From Fistulifera solaris (Eukaryota): 64,000 bases of DNA. The stretch's first letter is position 1, and every line of letters begins with the position of its first letter. Shown one piece after another: positions 50,728-63,427 of this stretch. The stretch is from positions 62,001 to 126,000 of the forward strand of contig AP026130.1 in assembly GCA_030295235.1 (NCBI GenBank), read 5' to 3'. The position numbers were made by a program, and so were the translations under genes. The notes beneath the pieces were generated by a model that worked only from the letters and a program-made list of their open reading frames with translations, searched no databases and had not been told where the DNA came from.

Positions 50728-53236
50728 CTACAATTTTGCGGAGAGCAGGCGCAACCCCTCGAAACCAAAGTACATTCCCTTGAAGAGATGATATTTCTGT
50801 CGATGTTTGATTGCTTCTGCTAATGCTTCCTCGTATCCAAGCTTTTCAATGGAGAAATGCGTCTGATCTTCTGTCGATGCAGTTGACCCGTAAGGTGTAT
50901 AAACACGAACCGATGCCACCCAAAAAGCCCACTTTTTCTTGTCATGACTGCGCTTACGATACACGCCAACAATCGAACCATCCTCGCGTTTTCCTTCGTG
51001 GTTAATCTTCCGATTGTTTGCCTGGAAGAGCTTATGTCGCGGAAGAAGATTACCAATTTTGTTGTTCGATCGGTTGTGATCTTTATGATCGCATGTTTCT
51101 TTCTCCGTCAACGGACGACCGATAAAGCATCCTGCGAGAAACCGACTGAAATCAACTGTTTTCTTCCCGGCCGCATACGGAATGCTGATCCTATACTTCA
51201 CGAAACCATTCTTGTATTCCTTCTTCTGGATATCGATATGCTTCCCAGTGCGCGTGTTGATGACATGCGTCCCATCTCCGCTCGCAAAGATAAAGTCACA
51301 TTCGGGGTCTTTGTAGTAGTCGCATTTGAGAAGTTTATAATGGTCTTCATCGATATCAAGATTGGACAGCTCGTAGTTCTTATGCGGGGCGCTTGAAGTG
51401 TTAGAAAAAGAAACAACTTGTCGTTAGTTTCATTTGTCTCTTTCCTGTTCAAGATAGCCAGCAAAACTTACTTTTGATCTTGATCGATATTCTCCTTTTG
51501 ACTATTCTCAGAGCGAGGTATCCAGCGTAGGAAATAAATGCTATTGTTGGACCGCGCACCAATGTGATCACCGACGTAGCCCTGTGGGCGTTTCCCTTCA
51601 AATGTAATCAAGCTCATGTGGTGAACGAAGAATTTCTTGCTGGTTTTGTTGCACGCAGCACTGTAGAGAGTTGCCCGGAGATACCCTTCAAGGTCAGGCT
51701 GGGCGCTGAGAATGGTATACGATCTGGTGAATAATCGAGAACCTTCACGCTTGCCTAACAGCTCCATCATTCCTGCTGCAATGTCCGCCTTGTTCCGCAT
51801 GCCATGCTCCCCGACTCCCTGCGACCAACCGACTCTGCAACACACAATGAAGCCGTCTTCGTGCATGTAGTAAACTCGGGGATGAAAGTAATGAACATTC
51901 CCATCCTTGTATCTCTTCACCGCAACTAGCACATGTCCATTCACATCAACTTCGTAATAAATGTCTCCATTCTTCTCGGGAATTACTTCGGGATTCTCCA
52001 CAAAGTCCGTGTTGGTCCCTAGCAGAAACTTCTTGCTCTTTTCTTCGTCTTCGTCATCGGCATTTTCTTTCTTCGGTTTGGCCTTGGTAGGTTTTAGAAT
52101 GGCGGGCTTCGTTTCGCCTTTTGAACGTCCAGGATCGATGCCGTATTCGTCATCTGTGTCGTAATCCGGTGCATCCTGTGTGCGTTCGGCAGACTTATCA
52201 CATCCGTTCAGATAGAAGAGATCAGGGGGAATCTTTTTCAACTTGCCAGCTCGCAACCAGGTATTTACAAACTTTGCCGGAAGATCGGATTCCACTGATA
52301 GTATCTGATTGCTGTACACGTTTTCGAAAATTGCCATTTCCTCGTCAGTCGCATATTTAGGGACATACTCGGTTCGCCATCCTCGACGGACAACAGAAGA
52401 ATCTTTCGGAATTGTATCACTCGAAACTGGAGAGAAAACTTTCCCAGTTTTGATGCTTTTCTTCCGCCATTGTCCCTTTTCTTTCTTCCGACTATTCCGC
52501 TTTCGCTTCCGACTTTCCACACCGGAGGCCTTGGGACTGTATGCTTTGTCCTCCGACGTGACAGCGGAGGACTTCGGACTGTATTCTATGTCCTCCGACT
52601 TGAGTTTGCCCCTGGTACTTTCGACGGTACGTTTGACAGTGCATTCGACGGTGCTGTCATCAAGGAAAGTCAGGTCAACCACGTCGCTTTTTTCGAAATC
52701 GGTCAAGAAACTGTCGCAAATCTCGACATTATCATCGCCGGTAGAGTCGCCAACAATGCTGTCATCGTCTAAAGTCATATCAACCGCGTTGTCGCTAGAA
52801 GATCCAACAGGACTGGTGGCGTTATGATCTGAGTCACCAGCAGCGTAGCTTTCTCCAGCGGAGATTACCTCATCGGCGACAGGAGCTTTCGAAGCCAAAT
52901 CCTTGTGTAAGCCAAACGATAGAACTGTTTGGACGAACTTCTTTCGAGGCGAAGGCTTAGAGCTCGGAGGTAAAACGGCAAAATTCTGGCGCAATTGAGC
53001 TACGCCTAGCTTTATTGACGACGCGTTGCACTCCTCTGGACTGATTTTGAGCAGCTTGTTCGACGTCGAAACGGCGGGTAAATCACCAGAGGGTTGATTT
53101 TTGCATGAGCATTCTTTTTCCGAGACATTGCCTTTCCAAAGCTCTTCATCATTTCAAGCACGCGCTCCGTACGGGAGGCATTCGACCTTGACGAGCTGTC
53201 GGAGTCGGAGCAGTTTTCGAATTCGTTGAGGTCCAT
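50728..53236 (-). CDS. Protein with two HNH endonuclease motifs and a C-terminal AP2-like domain (2 exons)
   Basis: HNH1 VGDHIGARSNNS..LRWIPRSEN; HNH2 CDHKDHNRSNNKIGNL...NNR; AP2 GVYRK...WVASVR...FSIEKLGYEEALAEAIKHR. An 80-bp intron (51471-51392, GTAAGT..AAG) joins in frame. One frameshift at ~53155. Confidence 0.75.
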
Positions 53237-53745
53237 TGTCAAGACGTGGGAGATTAGTAGAGACGGTAAAATATCAAACTCAAGTCCGGTAAAAGTGTGT
53301 GCTTTTCCTGCTAAGCAAACAACTTCTGTTGTCCGTGCCTGTTGCCCGAGCGAGCATACGGGAACAGATCATCTTGGGTGTGTCTGGTAAACGTAAACAT
53401 CAAAGGTCATCAGACATTCGATTAGAATGCTGGCAGGGTAGTGGTTTTTTTTTGACACATTGTTGCTATTGTATCCCTCCCCGTTTCCCGTATATTGTTC
53501 ACCGAGTGACTTAGTCTAGACACGAGGATTCTTGCGGTTTTTTGTCAACATTTCTGAGCAGCGACAAAACAACTGGGTCTCATGTCGAAATAATCATCAT
53601 CTCCGATCTGCCGATCCGATCTGTGATCTTTTTTTATTTTTTACAGCCGCGCAGTGCGCCAAAAAACGACACGTCGTTTGTCTTCAAAGAAACGTGCCAG
53701 TGCGACAAAGATCAAAATTACCAAAAGTCGTCAAAGAAAACGAAC

Positions 53746-53843
53746 GGTCCACTCCGGGAATCGAACCCGGGACCACAACCAAGACTGGCTCAATCACTGA
53801 TTGAACTCCCTAAAGTTGTATCATACCACTAGACCAAGTGGAC
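53746..53843 (-). tRNA. trnP: tRNA-Pro(AGG) with a 26-nt intron
   Basis: Acceptor stem GTCCACT/AGTGGAC, D-arm TGGTCTAGTGGTATGAT, anticodon arm CAACT-TT-AGG-G, intron after position 37, T-arm CCGGGTTCGATTCCCGG, and a downstream T-run. Confidence 0.9.
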
Positions 53844-54050
53844 GCTTGTTGCTTCTAGGGGGTACTTTGACTATTTAAAGACTGCCAATATTGAAACCAA
53901 AATATTGACGACAAAAAGCCGATAGAAAATTATTGCAATGGTTGCCACAGAAATAGGATGCTCTTGCTGTCATAAACCAAGGTTACGCTTTGTTTATCCT
54001 CCCTCTAACACATCGAATAACGGCAGCGTACGCCGTTGTGTCGATCGAAT

Positions 54051-55154
54051 ATGCAACATGCGCTCGACAACAGCAGCAACTCTACCATTTTCGGATTACC
54101 ACTCCTCTTGTCTTGCTTGGCCGGAGGATCGACTTGCTTGGGAGCGGCCGTCGTCTTTTGCTGCCACACCGTTTCATCGTCTCAATTGGCCTTTGCTTTG
54201 AGTTTAGCGGGGAGTGTCATGATGACAGTGTCTTTCTGTTCGATATTACCCGAATGCTTTCGTGTCGAAAACGACGAAGATGAATTGTCATCTATGTCTT
54301 CTCAATATTTGAGTATCACAAACATTCTTTTCTGGCAGCGGTGTTTCGGTTTGGCTTTGGGAGCTTTGTCTTATTTCTGTTTAGCCAAATGCGCCTTTCC
54401 CGAACCCAACGAGATCATGTTCGGGTCCGAACACGACGACAGTTGTGACAATGAACTTGAACTATTCGACAACAATCAACAAGAGCAAGATATAGAAATA
54501 AGGAACACTCAATCACAGGAAAAGGAACTATTGCTTTCCACACAAATCATTGCTAGAACGCCTCAACAACGCCTGACGTCCTCTTTGCAACCCCAATCGT
54601 CATCTACAGAGGACACCATTTTGTACAACAAACAATCCAAACCGCTCACAGCATCCTTTTGGCACGGCACCGATTTGACCCATGCGCACGCCCAACGTGC
54701 TTGGCGTGTCGCTCTCTTATTGTTTCTGTCCTTGTTGGTACACAACTTCCCCGAAGGACTGGCGGTCGCAGCTTCCACTCTCCATTCGCCCCAATTGGGG
54801 ATCACCACCACCATTGCGATTGCCTTGCACAATATTCCGGAAGGGATTGCGGTAGCTGTCCCATGTTTGGCGGCACGACCGAGTGCACCGTGGATGGCCT
54901 TTGTGTTGGCGAGTGCGTCCGGATTGGCAGAACCCGCGGGTGCTGTGGTGGCGTTGTGGTGGTTGCCGCTCCACACGGATTGGATGAAGAATGTACTGGC
55001 CTATGTAGCAGGTATTATGATCATGGTAGCTTTGCGCGAACTATATCCCGAAGCCTGGGAAAATGTAAAGCATCAAACGAGCAAAGCACCGCTCATTTGG
55101 GGGTCTGTTGTTGGTGTATTCATCATGTTGGGGTCAGAAGCTGTATTAGAGTAG
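54051..55154 (+). CDS. ZIP family (ZupT/GufA-like) metal transporter
   Basis: HNFPEGLAV, HNIPEGIAV, SGLAEPAGA and AGIM...ELYPEA. Confidence 0.9.
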   Translation: MQHALDNSSNSTIFGLPLLLSCLAGGSTCLGAAVVFCCHTVSSSQLAFALSLAGSVMMTVSFCSILPECFRVENDEDELSSMSSQYLSITNILFWQRCFGLALGALSYFCLAKCAFPEPNEIMFGSEHDDSCDNELELFDNNQQEQDIEIRNTQSQEKELLLSTQIIARTPQQRLTSSLQPQSSSTEDTILYNKQSKPLTASFWHGTDLTHAHAQRAWRVALLLFLSLLVHNFPEGLAVAASTLHSPQLGITTTIAIALHNIPEGIAVAVPCLAARPSAPWMAFVLASASGLAEPAGAVVALWWLPLHTDWMKNVLAYVAGIMIMVALRELYPEAWENVKHQTSKAPLIWGSVVGVFIMLGSEAVLE

Positions 55155-55168
55155 CTGTTATTAACTAA

Positions 55169-57092
55169 TCATTGTTGTAATTCTTTGGCCATTTCAAACC
55201 CTTCCCTTTTGTGATACTTGCCAAAGACATGCGTGCCAATGTATATATCCCACAAGGACCGCCATAGCCATTTGGAGAGATTCTTGCTTGCCTCACTGTT
55301 CCGCTGATGGCCACCACCTTTCTCTTCCCAACGTCCCAGACAAAAGGCCGCATCACTCAACAACTGTAAAATCACGTATTCGATCAACAGTTGACGAATG
55401 CTGTCATCGTTATCAAACAGTTCCGACATTAGACGATCCAACACCGTTTCAAAGACATGGTCCAGGTACGGAACTAACGTTTGCGTTTCTTGGGTCAAAA
55501 CCAACTTTTCGTCATGAATCAGAAATCGCAACACCCACGAGCCAGTTGTCAAATCTTCTTCCATGCCAGCCGTGTGGAAGAAACTCATCAAGAATTTTGT
55601 AAGAAAGGCAGGTTGTGGCATGGATTTCGCTGGACCTAAATCAAACAACTCCAGTCCACGATCTTGAGAATAAAAGGTATTGTGCAATCCGGCATCGGTC
55701 AAACCACATGTCCATATGCATTCGGTAGCGGGCCCGGATTGAAACGAAAGAGCGTGTTCCAATATTAATAACCAGCAACCATCCAATCGATCCAAGCAAC
55801 AGTTCGTATGTGGATTTTGAAAATCGGTCATTCCAAAAACATCCGTAAGGAGCGTCCCGCGCAACAAGAGTTGACCCAGAAATTGTGCTGGCATAACTTC
55901 ATCGTCCATCAATGTTAGCGCCTGCGGATCCCGAAATTTCGCTCCAAAGTCTCGCATTTGGGCAAAACGACCCTTGGTCGGATGAAAGTTTTTCCGAATC
56001 GCCGATCCTACCATCAAATCCGCCATTTTGGAAACTTTGGTGACATCTGGATGCAGTTTCAGCGCTTCAATCTCTACTCGCACTTGTTCCATACTATTCC
56101 GTTCTTCCGGTAAGGTAATTTCGGACAAATCGCGCATGACTGTCACAAATTCATCAATCAGCCCTTGTAACAAATCACCTTGCAATTGTCGTGACAACAA
56201 CAAGGCCGCACTGTTTTTCGGAAATGGTCCGCCAATCGTTCTTTGTGCTAAGGTCACTTTCCAATGTTCCTCTTCCTGCAATTCGGCCAACTGCTGTTCC
56301 AATTGACTCAAAAAGGCGTGACCATCGCGAATCGTCGACGCATCGGCCCACCAGTATTTGGGAATTTCCAAATTGACGGTTTGCAATCCCACACTCAAAT
56401 CAATCGTCGCATCGTCTGCGGATGCAGTTTTACGAATCCGAATCCGACGCATCCCTTGTTGTCCGGCCTGTTCTCGGGTATGCGGTGTGAGCAAATTCAG
56501 CGAACGCAACGACATGAGAAAGGAGGTGCGTCGTCCTCCTTCATCACTTTTGCGTCGATCCGTTAGATGCTTGGTACTACCGAAATAATGCGGCCCGTGG
56601 GCCCAAAAGTTCCCCCCGCAACGACGTCCACAATTCGTGCGCCCGATCACGTAAATGATACGGACTAATGTAGACTAACGAAAAGGCCGGAATGCGATTT
56701 TGCATGTTCTGTGCCGCATTCGAAGGCGACGACATAAGTCTCAAATGCCGTTGACACAATTCTTGTTGTATTTTCGTCAAGGAAAGAACTTCGTGTGTAT
56801 CTTTGGCATTCGCGTGTTTCATGACGAGCGATCCCCATTGCGGCGTATAGCCGTGAAAGACGGCCGTCCCACTGCCTCCGCCGTGCAACAATCGGACATC
56901 CTGTAGAGCCGCCGGAGCATAACAATTCGAGTGAATACAAGTATAATGATGATCCGGGACGGCTTCCATTGTCACAGTGCCGTTGGTGGGATGATATTGC
57001 AGTACTAAACCGTATCCGGCCGGAACTTCAAACGTGTCACCGTATTCGGCTTGAAAGTCTTGTAACGACAGTGCGCGGGATTGCGGAGCCAT
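55169..57092 (-). CDS. Hypothetical protein with possible atypical kinase-like fold (frameshifted)
   Basis: GGGSGTAVF...LVMKH, then TDAGLHN...LFDLG. Frameshift at ~56605. Confidence 0.55.
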
Positions 57093-57722
57093 TGTAGTGA
57101 GTGCTTAAGATGATGAGCGAATGTAGCTAGCAAGAATGTGTTTGACCTAATAAATAAATGAATGAATGCAACGATGATTTATTAGAAGGAATGAATGAAT
57201 CATCAAGAATTCATTTTTGCGTCTCGTGCATTTTGTCGTGTTGCGCGCAAACAGAAAAATATCCAATCCGCACCCGACTACTATTCACCTCACACTAGTA
57301 GCTTCCTACAATAATTTTGACAAAACCAGATTCCACCGTCCGCTCGTCCATCCGTTTAGTCATGAGTCCCCGGGACACCACCGACGTAGCACTGCGATCT
57401 TTGCAACCTCAACGAAGCACGCGCGCGGCGTATTTTCTCAATGGCAGTGTGTTTTTTTACGCAGCAAGACAGAGATTGTTTGGATCCTTGAAAAGGTATG
57501 TCGAATGACGAGCTGCTTTCTTAGTCTACTGATCATTGCGTTTGATGTATTTTTGGAAGGCAAAGGATGCATTGCGGTGGCTCGCCGACGGGGACGGGCA
57601 GAGCATTCTCGTTGCGAGTGACAAGAAATCCTTTTTCGAGTGCTTGATTACTCCGTACACGACATTATTCACTTTCGCTCCTTTCTCATCCTGTCTTTTG
57701 ACTACTCGCAGTTTGTTTAAAA

Positions 57723-58125
57723 ATGTCTAAACTTAGTTTCGTAATTGTATCTTTGGTGGTGGCCATGAGCCAGGCCTTTGTTCCGGCCTCGCAAGTCCGT
57801 ACTCCGGCAACCGCGTTCGTCAACTCGTCTCCCTTGGTCATGAACATGGCCGAAGACATGTACTGGGAAGGCGAATACCCTCCGTCCAAAGTCTTGGGAC
57901 CCATCATGTCCAAAATGCCGTCCGGAGTTTTGGGAGTCCTTTCCTTGTTCTTTTTTGGGAGCGTGCGCGTACTCGGTCGGACAGAGCAGTGTGTTGGTGC
58001 AGGAACCGGGAGCCTTTGAGAATGGTACTTGGGTCAAATGGTACTACGTCTTGGGCAGCTTCGGTGGACCCTTGGCGTGGGGCACGCACGTGGCCTCGTG
58101 GATCCAGCGCAAGAATGGCATGTAA
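57723..58125 (+). CDS. psaR: Photosystem I subunit PsaR (Psa28)-like, nucleus-encoded
   Basis: Bipartite presequence (SQAFVP). Mature sequence EDMYWEGEYPPSKVLGPIMSKMPSG...WVKWYYVLGSFGGPLAWGTHVASWIQRKNGM, recognised from memory of the diatom PSI subunit. Frameshift in a T-run at ~57950. Confidence 0.75.
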
Positions 58126-58358
58126 AGCATTCTAGGTTGATCTAACATACTAACGAATATTGTAGCATTGCGCTGAATACAACAGTTCTTGTCGTTTTTC
58201 TTTCAGCTAGTCTAAACTATTCAAGACGCTTTCTCATTGTCCGCTAGAATAGAGTCAAGAATTACTATCTTATTCGTGATGCTGAAGGAATAAAGACAAA
58301 GTCATGTGTTCGTGCTCCATGCTAAGGTTATGAATTATGCAGCTGGTAGACTATAATC

Positions 58359-60104
58359 TAGTGGTTATACGTGTTGATAGCATTTTGAACCCTAATATGC
58401 TACCTAAAATGCTATCCAAAAGTACATTTTTGCGCAACTCGTATTCTGTTCAATTTAAGTCCGTTGATGCTAAGCAAAGAACTAGAAGCTTGTTTTGATC
58501 CATAAGAACAATCGTATACCCCCAGGTCAACGTTGAAAATGACCTGCTCGCGACCTGGAGGAAGTTTCGTCCGCACGTTTTGTTGAAAATTTTCACATCT
58601 GAATCCGGTACCCAAAATACATTTTATCTCTGACTAGCTGTCTATCCGGTTTCGATAAAACGTGATTTTATCGCAAAAATATGAAAATGACCGAAAGCAC
58701 ACGTGAGCCGACCAGCGTCAAAACAGCACCTTGCGGCCATGAAGACGACGGTTGTGAGCAGCAGCGTGTCCCTTTGATCACAGGAAGACTCTGAATTCTT
58801 TCATATCACACGAAAACAAATAAATAATTGTTACAGTCGCTGAGCGATAGCAGCGTTGACGCCTTGACCACGTCGCCGTGGCATCGCCAGCATAAAGGCC
58901 AACAGAATGAATTTGTGTGTCACAGTCAAAGCCTACAGTTTATTGCAACATTTGCTGTAATGAGAATAACCGGTATACAAGATCTGACTGTGAAAATGAA
59001 AGCAGAAGACGGTGAGACGAGTCCACACGGCGCAAATGATACTCGCTCAGCGCAATTCGTATTATAAAGAACGTCTTGACTTCCTTTACACCTTGAATCA
59101 ACGCAACTGCTTCCGTCTCATCAGCTTTTCTTACGGTTACTCTATGCTTCGACAAAAAGTAAGCGAGATCTATGTGATTGTGGATAAAAGAAGTCGGCAA
59201 TTTACTTCTCGTAGGTGAGACCGAAGCACTCGTGAAATATCTCATTTCATCATCCAGCGCTCATAAGAAGAAACAATTGCCGTGGTTCGTTTGCACATTC
59301 AAACCGTTTAAACACGGTTAAACTAACTCATAGAATAATTTGTAGGAAAAGAGGTGGTAGCAACATGAGAGTCGGCTTAAACTGAAGTAGCAATTTTCAG
59401 CGGCACGTCGCGCAGCTTTTCGAGTATGAATGTCGCGCTTTTTCGTCGGAAGTACATGATGTATTACTAAAAAAGCATTTTAGCCATTAACAATAAATCT
59501 ATGGCCTTAAAAGCAGTGTGATGGCGCCAAGCGCATGAAGTCAAAGTAGCCTTCACTCGGAAAAACCGATTAATAGTAGATGAGAGCGGAATTGTGCCGT
59601 TAACATTCTTCCCCAAGCAAGGACTGCGTATTTCATAAGTTCATCAGTAGTAAGAACAGAATTGGCGAGCGATCTGGACAGGAGTTAACTCGTCTCAAGA
59701 GCCACGACCTAGGAAATTTGATAGCATTTGAAAATTGAATCGTTTCTTTGATACGAAAGCCACGATTTCCTGTCCCGTGAATAGCCCAGGTTTGCCTTTG
59801 CACCCAACAGGCTTAGACAGAGAGTTTCCTGTCCTTATAGCCTTTACATTCTTGCTTTATGTCATTTTCAACGCAAGTTTTAGCTAATATGCTATCCCAT
59901 ATGCTATCCCTTTCGGGGCACCTCAACTTTTGACACCGACGTCGTATCGAGCCTATTCTTGTTTCTATAAATCAATCTCAATAAGATGTTTTATTACATT
60001 GAAAAACGAAAGCAATCCGACATGTTTTCGAAAAGTTATGGTATCGCAAAAATAGTGAAAATGGATAGCATATGATATTCTACTACCAACACGTATAACC
60101 ACTA
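58359..60104. mobile_element. Non-autonomous TIR element (~1.75 kb), hAT-like ends
   Basis: TIR TAGTGGTTATACGTGTTG (58359) / CAACACGTATAACCACTA (60104) and subterminal ATGCTA(T)CC repeats. No clean TSD and no transposase ORF. Confidence 0.7.
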
Positions 60105-60129
60105 GACTACTTTCTAGATCGAAAAGTTT

Positions 60130-61337
60130 TTAGCGTTTGCTGGCTCGAAGAAGGCTTTTTCCTTCGTTTTGCAGCATGGCTTCCTTCTCAAGATCGCTCA
60201 TCACATGAACAGTCATGATCCCCACGCGCTCTTTGAACCTAAAGTTGATACAACGAAAAAGGTAAGTAAGTTGACATCTGATGTGCTACTCTTTGACTAG
60301 AGAGAATCTTACCATACTCCATTCAATGTCGGACAGGCCTCTAGTCGTTGAATGGTGTCTATGCCCCAAATGATGCGGCCGAAACAGGGATCCCCTATGT
60401 GAAGTTCGGTATTGTCCGCCGTATTGATGTAAAAACTTGGACTGCCGTCCGCAGCGAATGCTATTGTGTATGGCTGGTGTGGGTATTCGGGACTGTATTC
60501 TTTGAATGCCACGGTTTCCAGGTTCGCGTCCGAAAACTGCCGTGCCTTATCTTTGGCGGACGTCCGATCGTAGGGTAGAGGAGCTGCTTTGATGACTTGC
60601 AAAGCATTCAAGATGAAAGAACAATTATCCCACAAATGATTTGTTACCATGGCTAAGAACGTTTGAATGGAATGCGGCATCAGTTCGGTAGGTGCTAGCT
60701 CTACCACAAACTTATCCGGTCCGGGTCGACCATCGGGGAATACTAACACGAACAGGACATGAATCGGCGCTTTTCCGTATATTCGTCTCACTTCTTCAAT
60801 GCTGTCTTTTTGTACACGCTGCTTCAGCGTCAAAGCTTTCGAAGTATGTTTATCGACACGCTGCTGCAATTTTTTCATTTCCGTCAAAGCGCGCAAATTG
60901 GCTACTTTCATTTGTTGTTGAGAATCCATGCCAGTAGTCACTTGCAGCATTTTATCAACGGCATCCAATTCTCGCTTTAGTTTATTCAACTCTGTTTCAG
61001 CTTTCCCCATCAGTTCTTCTAGCGTTTGTCGATTGTTTTGCATGTAAACGACTTGTTGGGATGTGTAACTCACGGCCGTTCGAGACATTTGTACCACAAA
61101 CAAGCCCGATGCTACGCAAGCGACAAAGAACCACGATATTCGAGATTTCTGTCTCGCCTCCTTCTTATTGATGGGCTGCGATTTAAGAGGAATGCCAGAG
61201 AGCGCTACTCGCTCGCCTCTGGATGAAAATGAATCATCCAGAGAACTAGAACTAAGCTGGAGCTTTGAGCTTGGCTTACATGTAAGTTTTAACAGCCGAG
61301 GGTCTAACTCCACGTCGTCTTTCGACGCATCGTTCAT
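60130..61337 (-). CDS. Type II membrane cyclophilin-like protein, paralog 1 (2 exons)
   Basis: TM, coiled coil, then VELAPTELMPHS..., FKEYSPEYPH, FYINTADN and DPCFGRI. Intron ~60311-60239. Confidence 0.75.
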
Positions 61338-61539
61338 GATTCACTATTGATGGCTCGTAGTGTTTTGCAGGTTAACATAATTGCAATGTAATTGCACGGA
61401 AACAGCTGGGATTATATAAAGAAAAAGGCAAAAACAAAATGTCTTCTTGCGTCGCCCACACAGGCGTCGCCAACAATTTGGTGAGAATGTCGCTGCGCGT
61501 CTCACGGTTGTATAGAGCCAAATGTTAAATGTTAGTTCA

Positions 61540-62030
61540 CCTTTACCACGACTAACAAGCTTCAGTCATGAATCGAATATATATCCTTCTCAGAATCATT
61601 GCCTACCGTCCATCCGGCGTGCTCGGGAAAGAATGCAGCTTCTTACGGTGAAACCTAAAATACAGCAGCATTTTTAAGCCATGAATCTATTTTTTACGAT
61701 TAAATGAGGGCGTCCTACTATTGATATATAACCTAGAGTGTAGAGTACCTTTTTCGCCACGACTGCTTTTCAGTCATGAATCAATACGCTTGCGACTTAT
61801 CATCTTCGTTCATTTTGCAAGCTAAATGAATATTTTTAGTCTTTATTGCAGTGCGATAGCCAACCGCAATAATCGCAAAATATATTTTAATTCAAGACGT
61901 CGAACAGCCTCAGAGACTGCAGTATCATGGATTTACTATAGGCGCAATAAAATCTTGTCCGCTTTTCGCCACGACTGCTTTTCAGTCATGAATCCATATC
62001 CTTGTGACTTCTTATCTTCGTTCATTTTGT
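61540..62030 (-). repeat. Dispersed ~0.45-kb element, copy 3 (reverse orientation)
   Basis: ttttcgccacgactgcttttcagtcatgaa at ~61751 and ~61963, with a variant ending at 61572. Confidence 0.75.
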
Positions 62031-62316
62031 AACTTCATTTTTTAGCTATTTATGCTTGTCTTGAATGCACAAGTGCGATGAATTGTCTTACTCTAGAAAT
62101 GTTTCTTATACTCCGAGTAAATGCTACGCCGTTAATTCAGTATTTACATTTATGTACATGCTTTCTTACAATATACGTCTCCACTCTTAGCTAAATCGCC
62201 CACCGGACAAGTCATTTCGTGTGTGCAACCTGCTTCATCAGTGTCTTACTCATGAGGCTCGATGAATAATAAGTGTTCATGCATTGTCTCCGGGAACCAA
62301 AACGACTGAGATACGA

Positions 62317-63427
62317 TTAAGCACGTGTCTTGAACCGTTTCTTTGGGTCAACACCGGAGTTGTCAAGGATTGTAGCCGATTGGATGCCCACACGTTGCGT
62401 GAACCAAACCCCGTTGCGGGTGGGAAAAGACTCGAGACGATGAATGGTATCGAAACCCTGAACCACGGTTCCGAAACATGGATCTCCTTCGTGGGCGAAC
62501 GTATTATCGGCTGTATTGAGAAAAAAGTTGGGACTCCCGTCGGCCGTGAAACCCATCGTGTACTTTTGATGCGGGAATTGCGGATGGTATTCTTTGAAGG
62601 CGAGCTGATCGAGACCCAAGTCGGCAAACGATTGCGCTTTCACTTTGGCGGAACTGCCATCGTAGGGTAGCGGAGACGCTTTGATGACATTCAAGGCACT
62701 CATAATAAACGAACAACCATCAATCAGCTGGTTGGATACCATATCCAGGAACGCTTCGACTGCATGGGGCATGAGTTCACTCGGAGCGAGTTCCATTACG
62801 AACTGGTGGGTCCTTTTTGCCATCGGCAAACACCAGTTCGAATTCCACACGATGAACTCCGGTTCCGTACTTTTGGTAAATGCCGGCGAGACTCGCCGCT
62901 TGTATTTTCTTCCGCAGTCCGTCGGCTTGCTTTTCAAACTGATCGACGCGGTCTTGCGCTCTCATCATCTGATGCATGGCACGAATGTTCGAGACCTTCA
63001 TGATTTCGTTGCTCGGTGCCGTTTCGGACATCATGTTGATCGCATGGATTTGCCGCTTCAAGCGATTGAGCTCACTTTCCACACTGACCGACTTTTCGTA
63101 GAGCAGTTTCCGGGTGTGTTCCATGGCCAACACTTGTTCGCGGGTGTTTCCTACTACTTGTCGGGAAATATAACCGAAGGCGCATCCTAGGATCAGGCAT
63201 GTCGCAAAGACCCATGAGACTCGCGGACCGGTTTTACGCCGGTAAGGATTCTTGTAGTTTTCGGATGGAGATATTATTGGGACGAAAGGGAGGACTGTTT
63301 CGGCGCTGGGGGATTGTGGATTTGCCATGAAACGAATTTGAGCTGGACTGATGATTCGCTGTGATGCTTCCTCGCAGTCGTGGAAATGCGAATGCAACTC
63401 GAAGGAATCGCTGTCATCGTCGCTCAT
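62317..63427 (-). CDS. Type II membrane cyclophilin-like protein, paralog 2 (frameshifted)
   Basis: Same architecture as paralog 1 (MELAPSELMPHA, FKEYHPQFPH, GDPCFGTV). Frameshift at ~62820. Confidence 0.75.
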
